A stretch of 64,000 bases of DNA from an uncultured Candidatus Saccharibacteria bacterium (GTDB lineage: Bacteria > Patescibacteriota > Saccharimonadia > Saccharimonadales > JAGQNJ01): assembly GCA_964590205.1 (NCBI GenBank), contig CAZPVO010000001.1, positions 111,873 to 175,872 on the forward strand. The letters are read 5' to 3'. The notes under the pieces are model-generated. The model was given only the letters and a program-made list of their open reading frames with translations. It did no database searches and was not told where the DNA came from. Of the stretch, positions 50,368 through 59,770 are shown piece after piece (positions within the stretch are counted from its first letter, which is position 1; the number at the start of each line of letters is the position of its first letter). Position numbers and translations under genes: made by a program.

Positions 50368-50601
50368 ATGCTTACCCCTGAATATTTACTGCCCTCATTA
50401 CAGGATAGTTCACTCGTGCCAGTTGACAGTATTTTTGAAAACCATCGTCTTGAAGACGAGGAGATATGGCATCTTCAAAACCTTGGCGTGCAGATCTATG
50501 ACCTGATCCAAGGTTTTGGCACAAGTATTGAGTATTCTCGAGAAGACTTAGGTGAGTCTTCACCATGGTTAGAGGAGTGGGCAGTTCAGATGGATCAATG
50601 A
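50368..50601 (+). CDS. hypothetical acidic protein (77 aa; alternative start 50314)
   Basis: ORF track 50314..50601. ATG 50368 sits 6 nt after TATTAT. It ends at a TGA that is in frame with the next ORF. Confidence 0.45.
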   Translation: MLTPEYLLPSLQDSSLVPVDSIFENHRLEDEEIWHLQNLGVQIYDLIQGFGTSIEYSREDLGESSPWLEEWAVQMDQ

Positions 50602-50622
50602 GTTGAAAAGAATGGTTTACTT

Positions 50623-51108
50623 TTGCCAGTTCCGATTGATCGGCCTGGAAAGCTTGAGACAATTGTAAATGTAGACGAACCTACACCTGATCACATGGAT
50701 ACATTCACACATATGCCGGTAGGCTTGAGCATCGGTCTGCAAGGTAAGCGCGAGCTAGTCGGTGTAGCGTTTGACGAAATGGGTGAAGTATTTGAAGCTC
50801 AAGAAAAACTTAAACAAGATGGCCAAAAACTGGCTGATCTAGAAGAATTTGATGGACGTGAGGTTCAGCGAATTATTCAAGAAGTAGGAGATGTCACACA
50901 AATTGCAGGATATGCAACGCTTCATTCAGGAAGCCCTATCGAAGTGATTAACGAAGAAATCGGGCCGATACCTAATGCAGTGTTTATAATTGGACACCTC
51001 AGTGTTGGTGCGGCAGATGCGCAAGATATTGTAGAGGCGCATCTTAGCAAATATTACAAGCCAAAAGGGGATAGCTTTAACCCTGGCCGAATGACCAGTG
51101 TTTACTAA
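50623..51108 (+). CDS. hypothetical protein (TTG start; same frame as the preceding ORF)
   Basis: ORF track. No ATG before 50695 and no clear Shine-Dalgarno. Confidence 0.45.
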   Translation: MPVPIDRPGKLETIVNVDEPTPDHMDTFTHMPVGLSIGLQGKRELVGVAFDEMGEVFEAQEKLKQDGQKLADLEEFDGREVQRIIQEVGDVTQIAGYATLHSGSPIEVINEEIGPIPNAVFIIGHLSVGAADAQDIVEAHLSKYYKPKGDSFNPGRMTSVY

Positions 51109-51114
51109 AACCGA

Positions 51115-52305
51115 TTATTTGAAGAAGTCGATGTCTCGAAGCTCGTCAGGTAGAAAGCCTTTGGGGTGCTGAAAACCGGCTTCCCATTTGGTGCCTTTGG
51201 CGTAACCTAAATCTTTCATAAGCTTGGTTGGGGCGTTGCGCAAATGAAGTGGCACTGCAGCGTTTGGAAAGTCACGAGCAGCAGTTTTGGCTTTACCCAT
51301 AGCATTTGTAACTTCGCGCGATTTTTGAGTTTTAGCCAGTACAGTCGCACAGTGAAACAGATTGTACTCTCCTTCTGGTAGCCCAATTCTCTCTATTGCC
51401 ATAAAGGTGCTGACAGCTAGATTAAGCGCGGCAGGAGCGGCCAACCCAACATCTTCAGAAGCAAACACAACCATGCGGCGAGCGATAAATTTTGGATCCT
51501 CTCCGGCATCAAGCATGCGAGCCATATAATACAGCGTTGCGGTGGCATCACCGCCCCGCATACTTTTAATAAACGCGCTGATCAAGTTGTAATGATATTC
51601 GCCTTGTTTGTCATAGCCGGGCAGTTTGCGTTGAGCTGCCGTTTTGACGGTTTCGATTGTCACTTTCTTCTTGCCAGCAAGCTCCAAAGATAGCTCTAAA
51701 TTACCAAGAGCAACACGCGCGTCGCCACCTGAAAGTTCGGCTAAATAATCCAGTGCTTTTGTATCAACTCGGGACGACGCTTTTAGTTCCTTGAGCGCAC
51801 GTTTTAGGATTTGAAGAGTGTCCTCATTGGTGTGAGGCTCAAGAACCAACACGCGGCTACGTGAGAGTAGCGGTGTGATAACTTCAAAACTCGGGTTTTC
51901 GGTCGTGGCGCCAATTAGTGTAATAAGGCCACTCTCAACATATGGCAAAAAGGCATCTTGCTGCGCCTTGTTAAAGCGGTGAATCTCATCAACAAAAAGA
52001 ACAGTTTGCTTTTGGTCTTGTACGGTCGACGGTCGCAGGTTTTCGCGGGCTCGCTCCACGACTTTTTTAACATCAGCCTTTGAGGCGGTAACTGCTGACA
52101 TTTCAATAAAATCCGCACCGGTTTCTTTGGCAATAATTCGCGCCAAAGTGGTTTTCCCACTGCCCGGCGGCCCCCATAAAATCAGGCTTATAGGTTTTTT
52201 GCTTTTGACTATTTCACGCAGAATTGCGCCATCACTTAGTAAATGGGTCTGGCCTATAACGTCATTTAAAGTTTTTGGTCGCAGTCTCTCCGCCAACGGT
52301 TCCAT
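51115..52305 (-). CDS. rarA: replication-associated recombination protein A (AAA+ ATPase)
   Basis: '[15 protein letters not shown]', '[15 protein letters not shown]', and C-terminal '[18 protein letters not shown]'. Confidence 0.9.
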   Translation of the reverse strand: MEPLAERLRPKTLNDVIGQTHLLSDGAILREIVKSKKPISLILWGPPGSGKTTLARIIAKETGADFIEMSAVTASKADVKKVVERARENLRPSTVQDQKQTVLFVDEIHRFNKAQQDAFLPYVESGLITLIGATTENPSFEVITPLLSRSRVLVLEPHTNEDTLQILKRALKELKASSRVDTKALDYLAELSGGDARVALGNLELSLELAGKKKVTIETVKTAAQRKLPGYDKQGEYHYNLISAFIKSMRGGDATATLYYMARMLDAGEDPKFIARRMVVFASEDVGLAAPAALNLAVSTFMAIERIGLPEGEYNLFHCATVLAKTQKSREVTNAMGKAKTAARDFPNAAVPLHLRNAPTKLMKDLGYAKGTKWEAGFQHPKGFLPDELRDIDFFK

Positions 52306-52312
52306 AACTATA

Positions 52313-52318
52313 ATTATA
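52313..52318 (-). promoter_or_regulatory. -10 TATAAT 7 nt upstream of ATG 52305
   Basis: Minus strand reads agaTATAATtatagttATG. Confidence 0.45.
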
Positions 52319-52354
52319 TCTGTATACTCTTAACTAAGACAGGGGAGAATTAGG

Positions 52355-54139
52355 ATGAAAAAACTTGGCGCGTTGCTGGCTACACTAAGTACGGTTGCTA
52401 TTTTATTGATTCCACAATTTGCACACGCGAGCACACAAGATTTTACGATCACCTCTTTTAATGCCGAGTATCAGCTCAGCCGTGATGATAAACAGGCTGG
52501 AGAAATGAAAGTTACCGAAACGATTGTGGCTAACTTTCCAGATTTTGATCAAAACCACGGTATTCTTCGGGCACTGCCAGAGAAATACAAAAACCATCCA
52601 CTCTATTTACATATCGATAGTGTGACAAATCAATTTCGTAGCGGGTACAAATATTCTACGAGTCAGAGTAATGGCAACGAAGTACTAAGGATTGGCGACG
52701 CCAATCGATATGTTCATGGCGAGATGACGTACGTCATTACATATACATATAAAGATGTTATTTCGTTTGAAGCCGATCACGATGAATTGTATTGGGATGT
52801 AAACGGCGATCAATGGGCGCAACCTTTCGGTGAAGTGAATGCCACGATTATGGTCCCGCCAGAACTAGCAAAAGATTTACAAAATCGCCAGACTTGTTTT
52901 GCAGGCTCGTTTGGTCAAAATGATGTGCCTTGTAGTATTACGCGTGAGGCTACACCGGAGGGTGGTGCAAACATTCATGTTAATGCCGTGAATCTAGAGC
53001 CAGATCAAACACTTACATACGTGTTGGCTTTTAATAAAGGGACTTTCAAACCGTATGTGCCAACGCTCGCCGAGCGACTAAGACCGTTTATGTACCCGTC
53101 GCTGATTGTAGTATTGCCACTGCTCACATTTATATATGTCTACATAAAATGGTTGCGCCATGGTCGGGATCCCAAAGGCAAAGGTGTGATCGTGCCAGAA
53201 TACGGTCCGCCGAAAGGCTTCAATGCTCTGACAAGTAGCGTAATATTGAGCGAAAAGTTAGAAAATAAAGCAATCACAGCGTCGATTATTGAAATGGCCA
53301 CCAAAGGTTACTTATCGATCACTGAAATTGATGGCAAAAAGACCGACTATCAAATCGAGCTCTTAAAAGATCCCAAAAATTTGTCCGAGGAAGAGAATCG
53401 AGTGCTTGGTATGTTCTTTGGCGTGACTTATTGGTCAGGCGTGAGCGTAAAATTATCAGACCTAAAGAATGCGCTGTACGGTAAGGTGAGCAATCTTGGG
53501 GTCTATGTTGGCCAAAAATTGTTTGGCGATGGCTACTTTGCCAATGATCCAAACAAAGCTAAGAGTGCCTTCAGTGGCAGAGCATCCCTGGCGTGCATTG
53601 TTGGTTTTATTATGATCACCATGACAGCTCTGTCGGTTGTGCTGTTGTTTGTTGGTTTTGGTCTGCTGTTCTCCGGATTTATTTTGTTTATCGGTGGTTC
53701 AGTAATGCCTGCTCGAAGTGAGAGTGGTGTTGAGATTCGCCGCCAACTACTTGGTCTTAAAGAATTTATTAAGCTTGCTGAAGCTGATCGGATTAAATTC
53801 CTGCAAAGTCCAGAAGGTATCAAACAATACGGTGATCCAACCAAGAAACAGAATAAATTAAAGCTGTTCGAAAAACTGTTGCCATACGCCATGATTTTTG
53901 GGCTAGAGAAAGACTGGGCTAAGCAATTTCAGGATTTGTATACCGAACCACCAGAGTGGTACCGTGGTAATTGGAACACCTTTAACACGATTTACTTCAT
54001 GAATTCGATCAATAGTTTTTCAAGCTACACGAGTTCTACGACATTTTCAGCTCCAGCTAGCTCGGGTTCGAGCGGGTTCTCTGGCGGGGGTGGGTTCTCT
54101 GGCGGCGGTGGAGGCGGCGGTGGAGGCGGCGGCTGGTAA
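52355..54139 (+). CDS. DUF2207-family membrane protein with a poly-Gly C-terminus
   Basis: Signal peptide, a large N-terminal ectodomain, 3 TM helices, and the tail 'GFSGGGGFSGGGGGGGGGGGW'. GGGGAG Shine-Dalgarno. Confidence 0.7.
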   Translation: MKKLGALLATLSTVAILLIPQFAHASTQDFTITSFNAEYQLSRDDKQAGEMKVTETIVANFPDFDQNHGILRALPEKYKNHPLYLHIDSVTNQFRSGYKYSTSQSNGNEVLRIGDANRYVHGEMTYVITYTYKDVISFEADHDELYWDVNGDQWAQPFGEVNATIMVPPELAKDLQNRQTCFAGSFGQNDVPCSITREATPEGGANIHVNAVNLEPDQTLTYVLAFNKGTFKPYVPTLAERLRPFMYPSLIVVLPLLTFIYVYIKWLRHGRDPKGKGVIVPEYGPPKGFNALTSSVILSEKLENKAITASIIEMATKGYLSITEIDGKKTDYQIELLKDPKNLSEEENRVLGMFFGVTYWSGVSVKLSDLKNALYGKVSNLGVYVGQKLFGDGYFANDPNKAKSAFSGRASLACIVGFIMITMTALSVVLLFVGFGLLFSGFILFIGGSVMPARSESGVEIRRQLLGLKEFIKLAEADRIKFLQSPEGIKQYGDPTKKQNKLKLFEKLLPYAMIFGLEKDWAKQFQDLYTEPPEWYRGNWNTFNTIYFMNSINSFSSYTSSTTFSAPASSGSSGFSGGGGFSGGGGGGGGGGGW

Positions 54140-54221
54140 TTTTCAGCCACACACCAATTGCACTAGCGTAGAGGTGCAAGTTGGTAAAACGGGATAGTTC
54201 TTATGATTGAGGTAGGGTACA

Positions 54222-54815
54222 ATGTCTGGGATGAATGATGAACCGGATTTTTATATAAATAGCGACGAACCAGGCAAGCCAAAACAAACAGAGCACAGCG
54301 AACATCATGAACACATGGTTGCGCCTGAGTCATCACGTAAAGAGTATCTTAAATTTGGTGGTATTATTTTATTTCTGCTATTTGCCGGTTTTGGCATGAG
54401 CACACTCAGTGGTTTTCACTGGGAAGAGTGGATGCGCTGGTTTATGGGTGGTTTCTTTATTATCTTTGGTAGTTTTAAGCTCATTGGACTGGAAAATTTC
54501 GTGGTTGTGTTTCGCGACTACGATATTCTGGCCAAGAAATTCCGACCATATCCTTATATTTATCCGTTTATAGAAATTCTGCTCGGTATGTTTTATGTAC
54601 TCAATATGGCCTCAATTGTGCGCGACATATTTACGATTGCCTTAATGCTAGTTGGTGCGTACGGTGTCTACCAAGCATTACAGCGACGAGACCATATTAA
54701 ATGTGCCTGCCTCGGCAATATTATTAAATTGCCACTAACCACCGTTAGTTTGATTGAAAATTTGACCATGGCAGCGATGGCCCTTATCATGCTGTTGACA
54801 ACCTTGTTTACATAA
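54222..54815 (+). CDS. MauE/DoxX-like membrane protein
   Basis: Four TM helices and an 'IKCACLG' motif. Tentative. Confidence 0.45.
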   Translation: MSGMNDEPDFYINSDEPGKPKQTEHSEHHEHMVAPESSRKEYLKFGGIILFLLFAGFGMSTLSGFHWEEWMRWFMGGFFIIFGSFKLIGLENFVVVFRDYDILAKKFRPYPYIYPFIEILLGMFYVLNMASIVRDIFTIALMLVGAYGVYQALQRRDHIKCACLGNIIKLPLTTVSLIENLTMAAMALIMLLTTLFT

Positions 54816-54827
54816 ATTGATAAGTAT

Positions 54828-55733
54828 ATGGCATCAAAAGTTCCACTAAAGCTAGAAAACTTAACCAAAACCTATGGCAAGGCGAGAGGTGTTGAAAACA
54901 TCAACCTCACGCTGGAGCCTGGTGAAGTTTTTGGCTTTTTAGGCCCAAATGGTGCCGGCAAAACAACGGCTATTCGTACAATTATGAATTTCCTAAGGCC
55001 CAGCCATGGCTCCGTCCAAGTCTTTGGGCTTGATAGCGTTAAAGATGATGTCGAAATAAAAAAACAGGTCGGCTTTTTATCTGGCGATTTAGAGCTTTAT
55101 GAAAATCTTACTGGCAAACAGTACCTGGAATTTATGGCTAATCTTCGTGGTGTGACCGACAAAAAACCTATCGATGAGTTAGTTAGAAGGCTCGATGTCA
55201 CCATGCATCAGCGCATCCGTACATTGTCGCGTGGAAACAAACAAAAGATTGGCCTGGTTGCTTCACTGATTCACGATCCTGATTTGCTTGTGCTGGATGA
55301 GCCAACATCTGGGCTTGATCCATTAGTACAAAACCAGTTTTACGAAATTGTGCGTGAGCACACCAAAAAAGGTAAGACGGTTTTCATGTCGTCACACTTT
55401 TTGTCCGAAGTACAGGCTATTTGTGACCGAGTGAGCTTTATGCGCTCGGGGAAATTAATTGAAACAGTTGATGTGAGCAAGCTACTCAAAGACGCCAAAA
55501 AAGAAGTAACTATTACGAGTTCTCAAGTGTTGAAGGTGCCATCGCTACCTGGCATGGAAGTTATGGAGCATAAAGAAAAACATCTCAAATTTCAAACCAG
55601 TGCCGATTCCTCGGAAATTCTAAAGTGGCTTAATACCATCTCAGTTAAAGATGTCACCATTCAAAATAGTAGTTTGGATGAGATGTTCTTAAAGCTATAC
55701 GGTGAGCATGCCGAGGAGGTCAAAAATGTTTAA
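54828..55733 (+). CDS. ABC transporter ATP-binding protein
   Basis: Walker A 'GPNGAGKTT', signature 'LSRGNKQK', Walker B 'LVLDEP'. Confidence 0.9.
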   Translation: MASKVPLKLENLTKTYGKARGVENINLTLEPGEVFGFLGPNGAGKTTAIRTIMNFLRPSHGSVQVFGLDSVKDDVEIKKQVGFLSGDLELYENLTGKQYLEFMANLRGVTDKKPIDELVRRLDVTMHQRIRTLSRGNKQKIGLVASLIHDPDLLVLDEPTSGLDPLVQNQFYEIVREHTKKGKTVFMSSHFLSEVQAICDRVSFMRSGKLIETVDVSKLLKDAKKEVTITSSQVLKVPSLPGMEVMEHKEKHLKFQTSADSSEILKWLNTISVKDVTIQNSSLDEMFLKLYGEHAEEVKNV

Positions 55734-56523
55734 AAACCTTGTTGGCAAAACACTGTACGACAAACGCTGGTTTATATTTGGCTGGTCGCTTGGTTTGATT
55801 GCCATGTGCGCTCTCACAATCGCTTTCTTCCCAACAATCAAGGACAGCGCTACGCAGCTTTTTCAAAATATTCCAAAACAATTCCAAAATTTGGTTGGAG
55901 ATACATCTAGCTACAGCACGATTACTGGCTATATTGGCAGTGGTATTTTTGAGCTCAGAATCCCGATGCTGACACTACCAATGTCAATTATTTTGGCAGT
56001 TGGACTCACCGTTAGCGAAGAATCATCGGGCAAAATGTATCAGTTGTTGGCACAACCAGTTTCACGCAGTAAAATCGTGCTGCAAAAATGGTTAAGCCTG
56101 CTTATTATCACGACTGTAATTTTTGCTATGATGACGGTGGGCATCATAGTGACAACACTACTTATTAAAGAACATGTGCCATATGCCAAACTTGGCATGT
56201 TCACCCTAATGTGCTGGCTAATGAGTATGGCGGTCAGCGGCATTTGTTTTATGGTTGGCGCAGCTTCAGGGCGAAAAGGTCTTACGATTTTTGTTAGTTC
56301 ATTTGTTGCCTTTGGCGGCTATCTAATTAGTTCGTTTGCGACACAGGTCAGTTGGCTTAAAAATCTTGATTACATTTCACTGTTCCACTATTACCACCCG
56401 AGCATTATCACCAAGCAGGGGCTGGTTTTTTCACACATTCTGGTGCTGGTAACAGTGAGTATTGTCTCGATTATTATTGCGACTATTGGCTTTGCCAATC
56501 GTGATATTGGTGTCAATGATTGA
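55726..56523 (+). CDS. ABC-2 type transporter permease
   Basis: Start moved to ATG 55726 (GAGGAGG Shine-Dalgarno; ATGTTTAA overlap with the upstream stop). Six TM helices. Confidence 0.75.
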   Translation: MFKNLVGKTLYDKRWFIFGWSLGLIAMCALTIAFFPTIKDSATQLFQNIPKQFQNLVGDTSSYSTITGYIGSGIFELRIPMLTLPMSIILAVGLTVSEESSGKMYQLLAQPVSRSKIVLQKWLSLLIITTVIFAMMTVGIIVTTLLIKEHVPYAKLGMFTLMCWLMSMAVSGICFMVGAASGRKGLTIFVSSFVAFGGYLISSFATQVSWLKNLDYISLFHYYHPSIITKQGLVFSHILVLVTVSIVSIIIATIGFANRDIGVND

Positions 56524-57076
56524 TCTATCTCAATCTGCTGAAATTTGTGCTCAAAAGTTACTAGGTTGCGAAATTGTTCGCACAGTTAACGGCAAAACGC
56601 TTCGCGGGCGAATTGTTGAAACCGAAGCTTATGATCAGACCGATGCAGCTAGTCATAGTTTTCGAGGCGTCACGTCAAGAACTCAAGTGATGTTTGGCCC
56701 GCCTGGCTTTGCCTACGTATACTTTACATATGGTATGCATTTTTGTATGAATGTCGTTGTTGGCGGAGCTGGACATGGCAGTGCGGTGTTAATTCGCGCG
56801 CTGGAACCACTCGAAGGTTTAGAAAATATGAAAGAAAACCGGCATCAAGAATCTAAGCAGCAACTATGCAATGGGCCAGCGAAATTGTGCCAGGCACTAA
56901 GAATTGATCGAGACCTGAATGGTCACTACTTGAACAAAAAGCCTCTGCAACTTATTGCTGGCCAGACAGTGAGTAAAAATGACATTGTCGTAACGACACG
57001 TATCGGCATTAACCAAGACACACATCGTTTGTGGCGATTTTATATAAAGGACAACCCGTTTGTCTCAAAGTTATGA
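56516..57076 (+). CDS. mpg: DNA-3-methyladenine glycosylase (Mpg/AAG family)
   Basis: 'RIVETEAY...DAASHSFRG.T.RT.VMFGPPGFAYVYFTYGMHFCMNVV'. Start moved to ATG 56516 (ATGATTGA overlap). Confidence 0.85.
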   Translation: MIDLSQSAEICAQKLLGCEIVRTVNGKTLRGRIVETEAYDQTDAASHSFRGVTSRTQVMFGPPGFAYVYFTYGMHFCMNVVVGGAGHGSAVLIRALEPLEGLENMKENRHQESKQQLCNGPAKLCQALRIDRDLNGHYLNKKPLQLIAGQTVSKNDIVVTTRIGINQDTHRLWRFYIKDNPFVSKL

Positions 57077-57150
57077 GGATAAGCTTAAGAGGGTTTTAAA
57101 AACAACAAAAGGTATGATATTCTAGATTTCGGAAGTGTGAGGCTTCCATT

Positions 57151-57183
57151 GACCCTGGTAAGTTACCGGGGTCCCATGTTTTT
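57151..57183 (+). terminator. terminator hairpin after mpg
   Basis: GACCCTGGTAA-g-TTACCGGGGTC, then CCATGTTTTTA. Confidence 0.5.
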
Positions 57184-57199
57184 ATAGGGGTGAGACACA

Positions 57200-57228
57200 T
57201 TGACAAATAATCATAAAAGCCGTAGAAT
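57200..57228 (+). promoter_or_regulatory. near-consensus promoter TTGACA-N17-TAGAAT 8 nt upstream of ATG 57237
   Basis: -35 at 57200-57205, -10 at 57223-57228. No Shine-Dalgarno. Confidence 0.6.
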
Positions 57229-57236
57229 ATACCTCT

Positions 57237-58493
57237 ATGTCTGGTCCTGCATCACCAATGGAATTGCCTGCTCCTCAGCAGCAAACTTTAGATTCCCAGC
57301 CAAAGCCAAGAGGTTTTTTACGGCGAAGTCTTGCTGTTGGAGCAACGGCAGCAGCACTTTTGGCAGTAGCCACCATTTGCCCTTCATCTGAATCGACAGT
57401 GCAAGGCATTAGCCAAGCTCCTGGTGTATCAACACTTCACGCAGAAAATAACACGATGTGCCCGTCTGTTTCCCAAGATGATATTAATGAGGTTGTACGT
57501 CTGTTTGATCAACCTGAAACGCCAGGTCTAATATTACCGCCTTCAATGAAGAATAGTGGTGAGTTAAGTTCAAAGGTTCAAAAGGCGGCTGCCCAAAAAT
57601 ATGGTCTTCAATTTTTTGATTACAGCTCAGACCCGTACGTCCAGGATCTATTTACTCACAATGAAAAGCCATCGAGTGATGCACATGAAGCATTTAAATT
57701 ATACTTTGATGCTGCAAAACATGTTGCTGCTAATTATGGCATAACACTTTCAGCCAATGACAATAAACGACAATACCCAACAGGAACGCATAGCCAGAAT
57801 CCAATTGAATTTCCTGCTGATAATCGTGAATTTAACACAGTAAATCCTAGTGATAACATGGTAAATGTGATGGTTTACTTATCGAAAATGCCAGTTGAGA
57901 GAGTGCGTGCATCAGGTATCACTAATATTGTAGCCGCTAACTTTGACGGTAATATTATTGGTGAAGCAGATGAAGAGCAGCATACGTACTACGTAAATCT
58001 TACGGCGGATTTTATCTCTGATAATTTATTTCGTCACGAAGGAGCGCATTTAGAAGATAATACCCTTTGTGGTGGTGGTGAAAAATTTGCAAATGACCCT
58101 CAATTTGCTAACGCAAATCCTGTCGATATTTATCACATTAAAGCCAAAACGGGCTACATCAGTGAAGCAACATTTCAGCAAGAACAAAAAACCGTTGAGC
58201 AAAATCCAGGTAATAATCCGCCTAACTTTCTTGACGAAGAAGCTGCACGCGTTGTTGTACTCAATGACGATGCATTTAATAATGTGATTGAAGACAAAGC
58301 AGCTATTGGAGCGGACTTATCAGATCCGAATTACTTTCCACTACTTCTTGATAAGAAAAAACCAGTACTGCGACAAAAAGCACTTATCTACTTAGCGCGC
58401 CTTTTTCACCAAAATCCAAACGTTGTTCGATATTATGCCGAAACGACACCACGAACTTTTCACAAAGATTTTGTTATTAACCGACCTTACTAG
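57237..58493 (+). CDS. secreted protein with a twin-arginine-like signal and an HExxH motif (putative Zn metallopeptidase)
   Basis: 'PRGFLRRSLAVGATAAALLAVA' signal. 'FRHEGAHLED' contains HExxH. No family recognised. Confidence 0.5.
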   Translation: MSGPASPMELPAPQQQTLDSQPKPRGFLRRSLAVGATAAALLAVATICPSSESTVQGISQAPGVSTLHAENNTMCPSVSQDDINEVVRLFDQPETPGLILPPSMKNSGELSSKVQKAAAQKYGLQFFDYSSDPYVQDLFTHNEKPSSDAHEAFKLYFDAAKHVAANYGITLSANDNKRQYPTGTHSQNPIEFPADNREFNTVNPSDNMVNVMVYLSKMPVERVRASGITNIVAANFDGNIIGEADEEQHTYYVNLTADFISDNLFRHEGAHLEDNTLCGGGEKFANDPQFANANPVDIYHIKAKTGYISEATFQQEQKTVEQNPGNNPPNFLDEEAARVVVLNDDAFNNVIEDKAAIGADLSDPNYFPLLLDKKKPVLRQKALIYLARLFHQNPNVVRYYAETTPRTFHKDFVINRPY

Positions 58494-58905
58494 TACAGTC
58501 TTTGCATAAACCCTGGATTTCAATCTGGTGATTCGTGGCTTTAAAACCGTACTCTTTTGCCAATGTACTAATCGAGGATTCTAGTATTGTATCTTCATGA
58601 ACGGGAATAACTTTGCCACAGTTTGTGCAACTGATGTGATGATGATGGTAGTTAAATGTATCGGTCAGCTCGAGCTTATATTTCCAGCCCATTTGTAAGC
58701 GGTGAGCAATGCCAAGCTTTTCAAACAATTCAATCGTGCGATACACACTAGCCCGGTCGACTCGTTTTTTAACCTTATCAACTAGCTCATTCATGGAAAG
58801 GGGTTCTTGATCGATCAGTACATCAAAAATAATCTTGCGGCTTTTAGTGGAACTGTAGCCGCCTTTTTTCAACGCCTCAACAAACAAATCATGTACATCA
58901 CTCAT
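58477..58905 (-). CDS. Fur-family metalloregulator (Zur/PerR-like)
   Basis: Winged helix 'SVYRTIELFEKLGI', 'HHHHISCTNCGKV' and 'CKDC'. Confidence 0.8.
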   Translation of the reverse strand: MSDVHDLFVEALKKGGYSSTKSRKIIFDVLIDQEPLSMNELVDKVKKRVDRASVYRTIELFEKLGIAHRLQMGWKYKLELTDTFNYHHHHISCTNCGKVIPVHEDTILESSISTLAKEYGFKATNHQIEIQGLCKDCTSKVG

Positions 58906-58911
58906 GTTGCA

Positions 58912-58920
58912 ATCCTAGCA
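58912..58920 (-). promoter_or_regulatory. extended -10 (TGcTAGGAT) 6 nt upstream of ATG 58905
   Basis: Reverse complement of 58912-58920. Confidence 0.45.
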
Positions 58921-58973
58921 CTTTTTGCGACAAATTTGCAATTCAATACACAAGCAGTAAAATTATTGTTAAG

Positions 58974-59735
58974 ATGGCAGACTACACGACAGTCATATTT
59001 TATTCGCTTATTGGTGGCCTGGTATCATTCGGTGCCTGTTTACTATTACTCAGCAACAAAAGTGCAAGCAAAAAGTTAGCAATTTATGGCACACCTTTTG
59101 CTGGTGGTGCGCTGCTAGCAACTGTGTTTCTAGATTTACTAAAAGACGGACTTGAGCAGTCTACTCCCGACATTGTATTATTTGGTGCGCTGCTTGGTAT
59201 TGTGATTTTCTTTTTGGCCGAAGGTTTTTTACATTGGTTTCATCATCATCACAGTAATCACGAAAAACAGGATGTACGAGTGCCATTAATAGTGACAGGC
59301 AATATGATTCACAACGCCATGGACGGTGTAGCGATTGCGGCGGCATTCCTGGTTAATATCCCAACCGGCATTATTACAACTCTTGTAGTGGCTATTCACG
59401 AAATTCCACACGAAATTGGTGACGCTGGTTTGTTGTTAGGTAAAGGTGTCAGCAGAGCAGGCGCCCTGTTGTTTAATCTGTTGAGTGCCGTGGCAACCAT
59501 ATTGGTCGCGATTATAGTGTTTGCTATCGGTTCAAAAAATTCAATACCAACTGGCTTGCTATTGGGAATTAGTGCGGGCTTTTTGCTCTACATTGCACTG
59601 AGCGATGTTATTCCAACAATTCACGCGCATAGCAAAGATAAGCATCGGCCATTTGATCTTCAAGCGTTGTTATTAATTGTGGGCGTAATAATTGTTGGCA
59701 TTGCCATTCAACTGGCTCATCGCTTTATCAGCTAA
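58974..59735 (+). CDS. ZIP-family divalent metal transporter (ZupT-like)
   Basis: 'HNAMDGVAIAAAF' and 'AIHEIPHEIGDAG' motifs. Eight TM helices. Confidence 0.85.
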   Translation: MADYTTVIFYSLIGGLVSFGACLLLLSNKSASKKLAIYGTPFAGGALLATVFLDLLKDGLEQSTPDIVLFGALLGIVIFFLAEGFLHWFHHHHSNHEKQDVRVPLIVTGNMIHNAMDGVAIAAAFLVNIPTGIITTLVVAIHEIPHEIGDAGLLLGKGVSRAGALLFNLLSAVATILVAIIVFAIGSKNSIPTGLLLGISAGFLLYIALSDVIPTIHAHSKDKHRPFDLQALLLIVGVIIVGIAIQLAHRFIS

Positions 59736-59758
59736 CCTACCATAATATAATTTTACGA

Positions 59759-59764
59759 TATAAT
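59759..59764 (+). promoter_or_regulatory. -10 TATAAT 6 nt upstream of ATG 59771
   Basis: Sequence reads cgaTATAATatgatcATG. The track start at 59765 abuts the hexamer. Confidence 0.4.
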
Positions 59765-59770
59765 ATGATC

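Noticed and set aside
47289-51108. Integrated mobile element or prophage at tRNA-Gln.
   Set aside because: No integrase, transposase, or phage or conjugation gene is present on either side. The two tRNA-end repeats are only 148 bp apart, so only a scar is reported.
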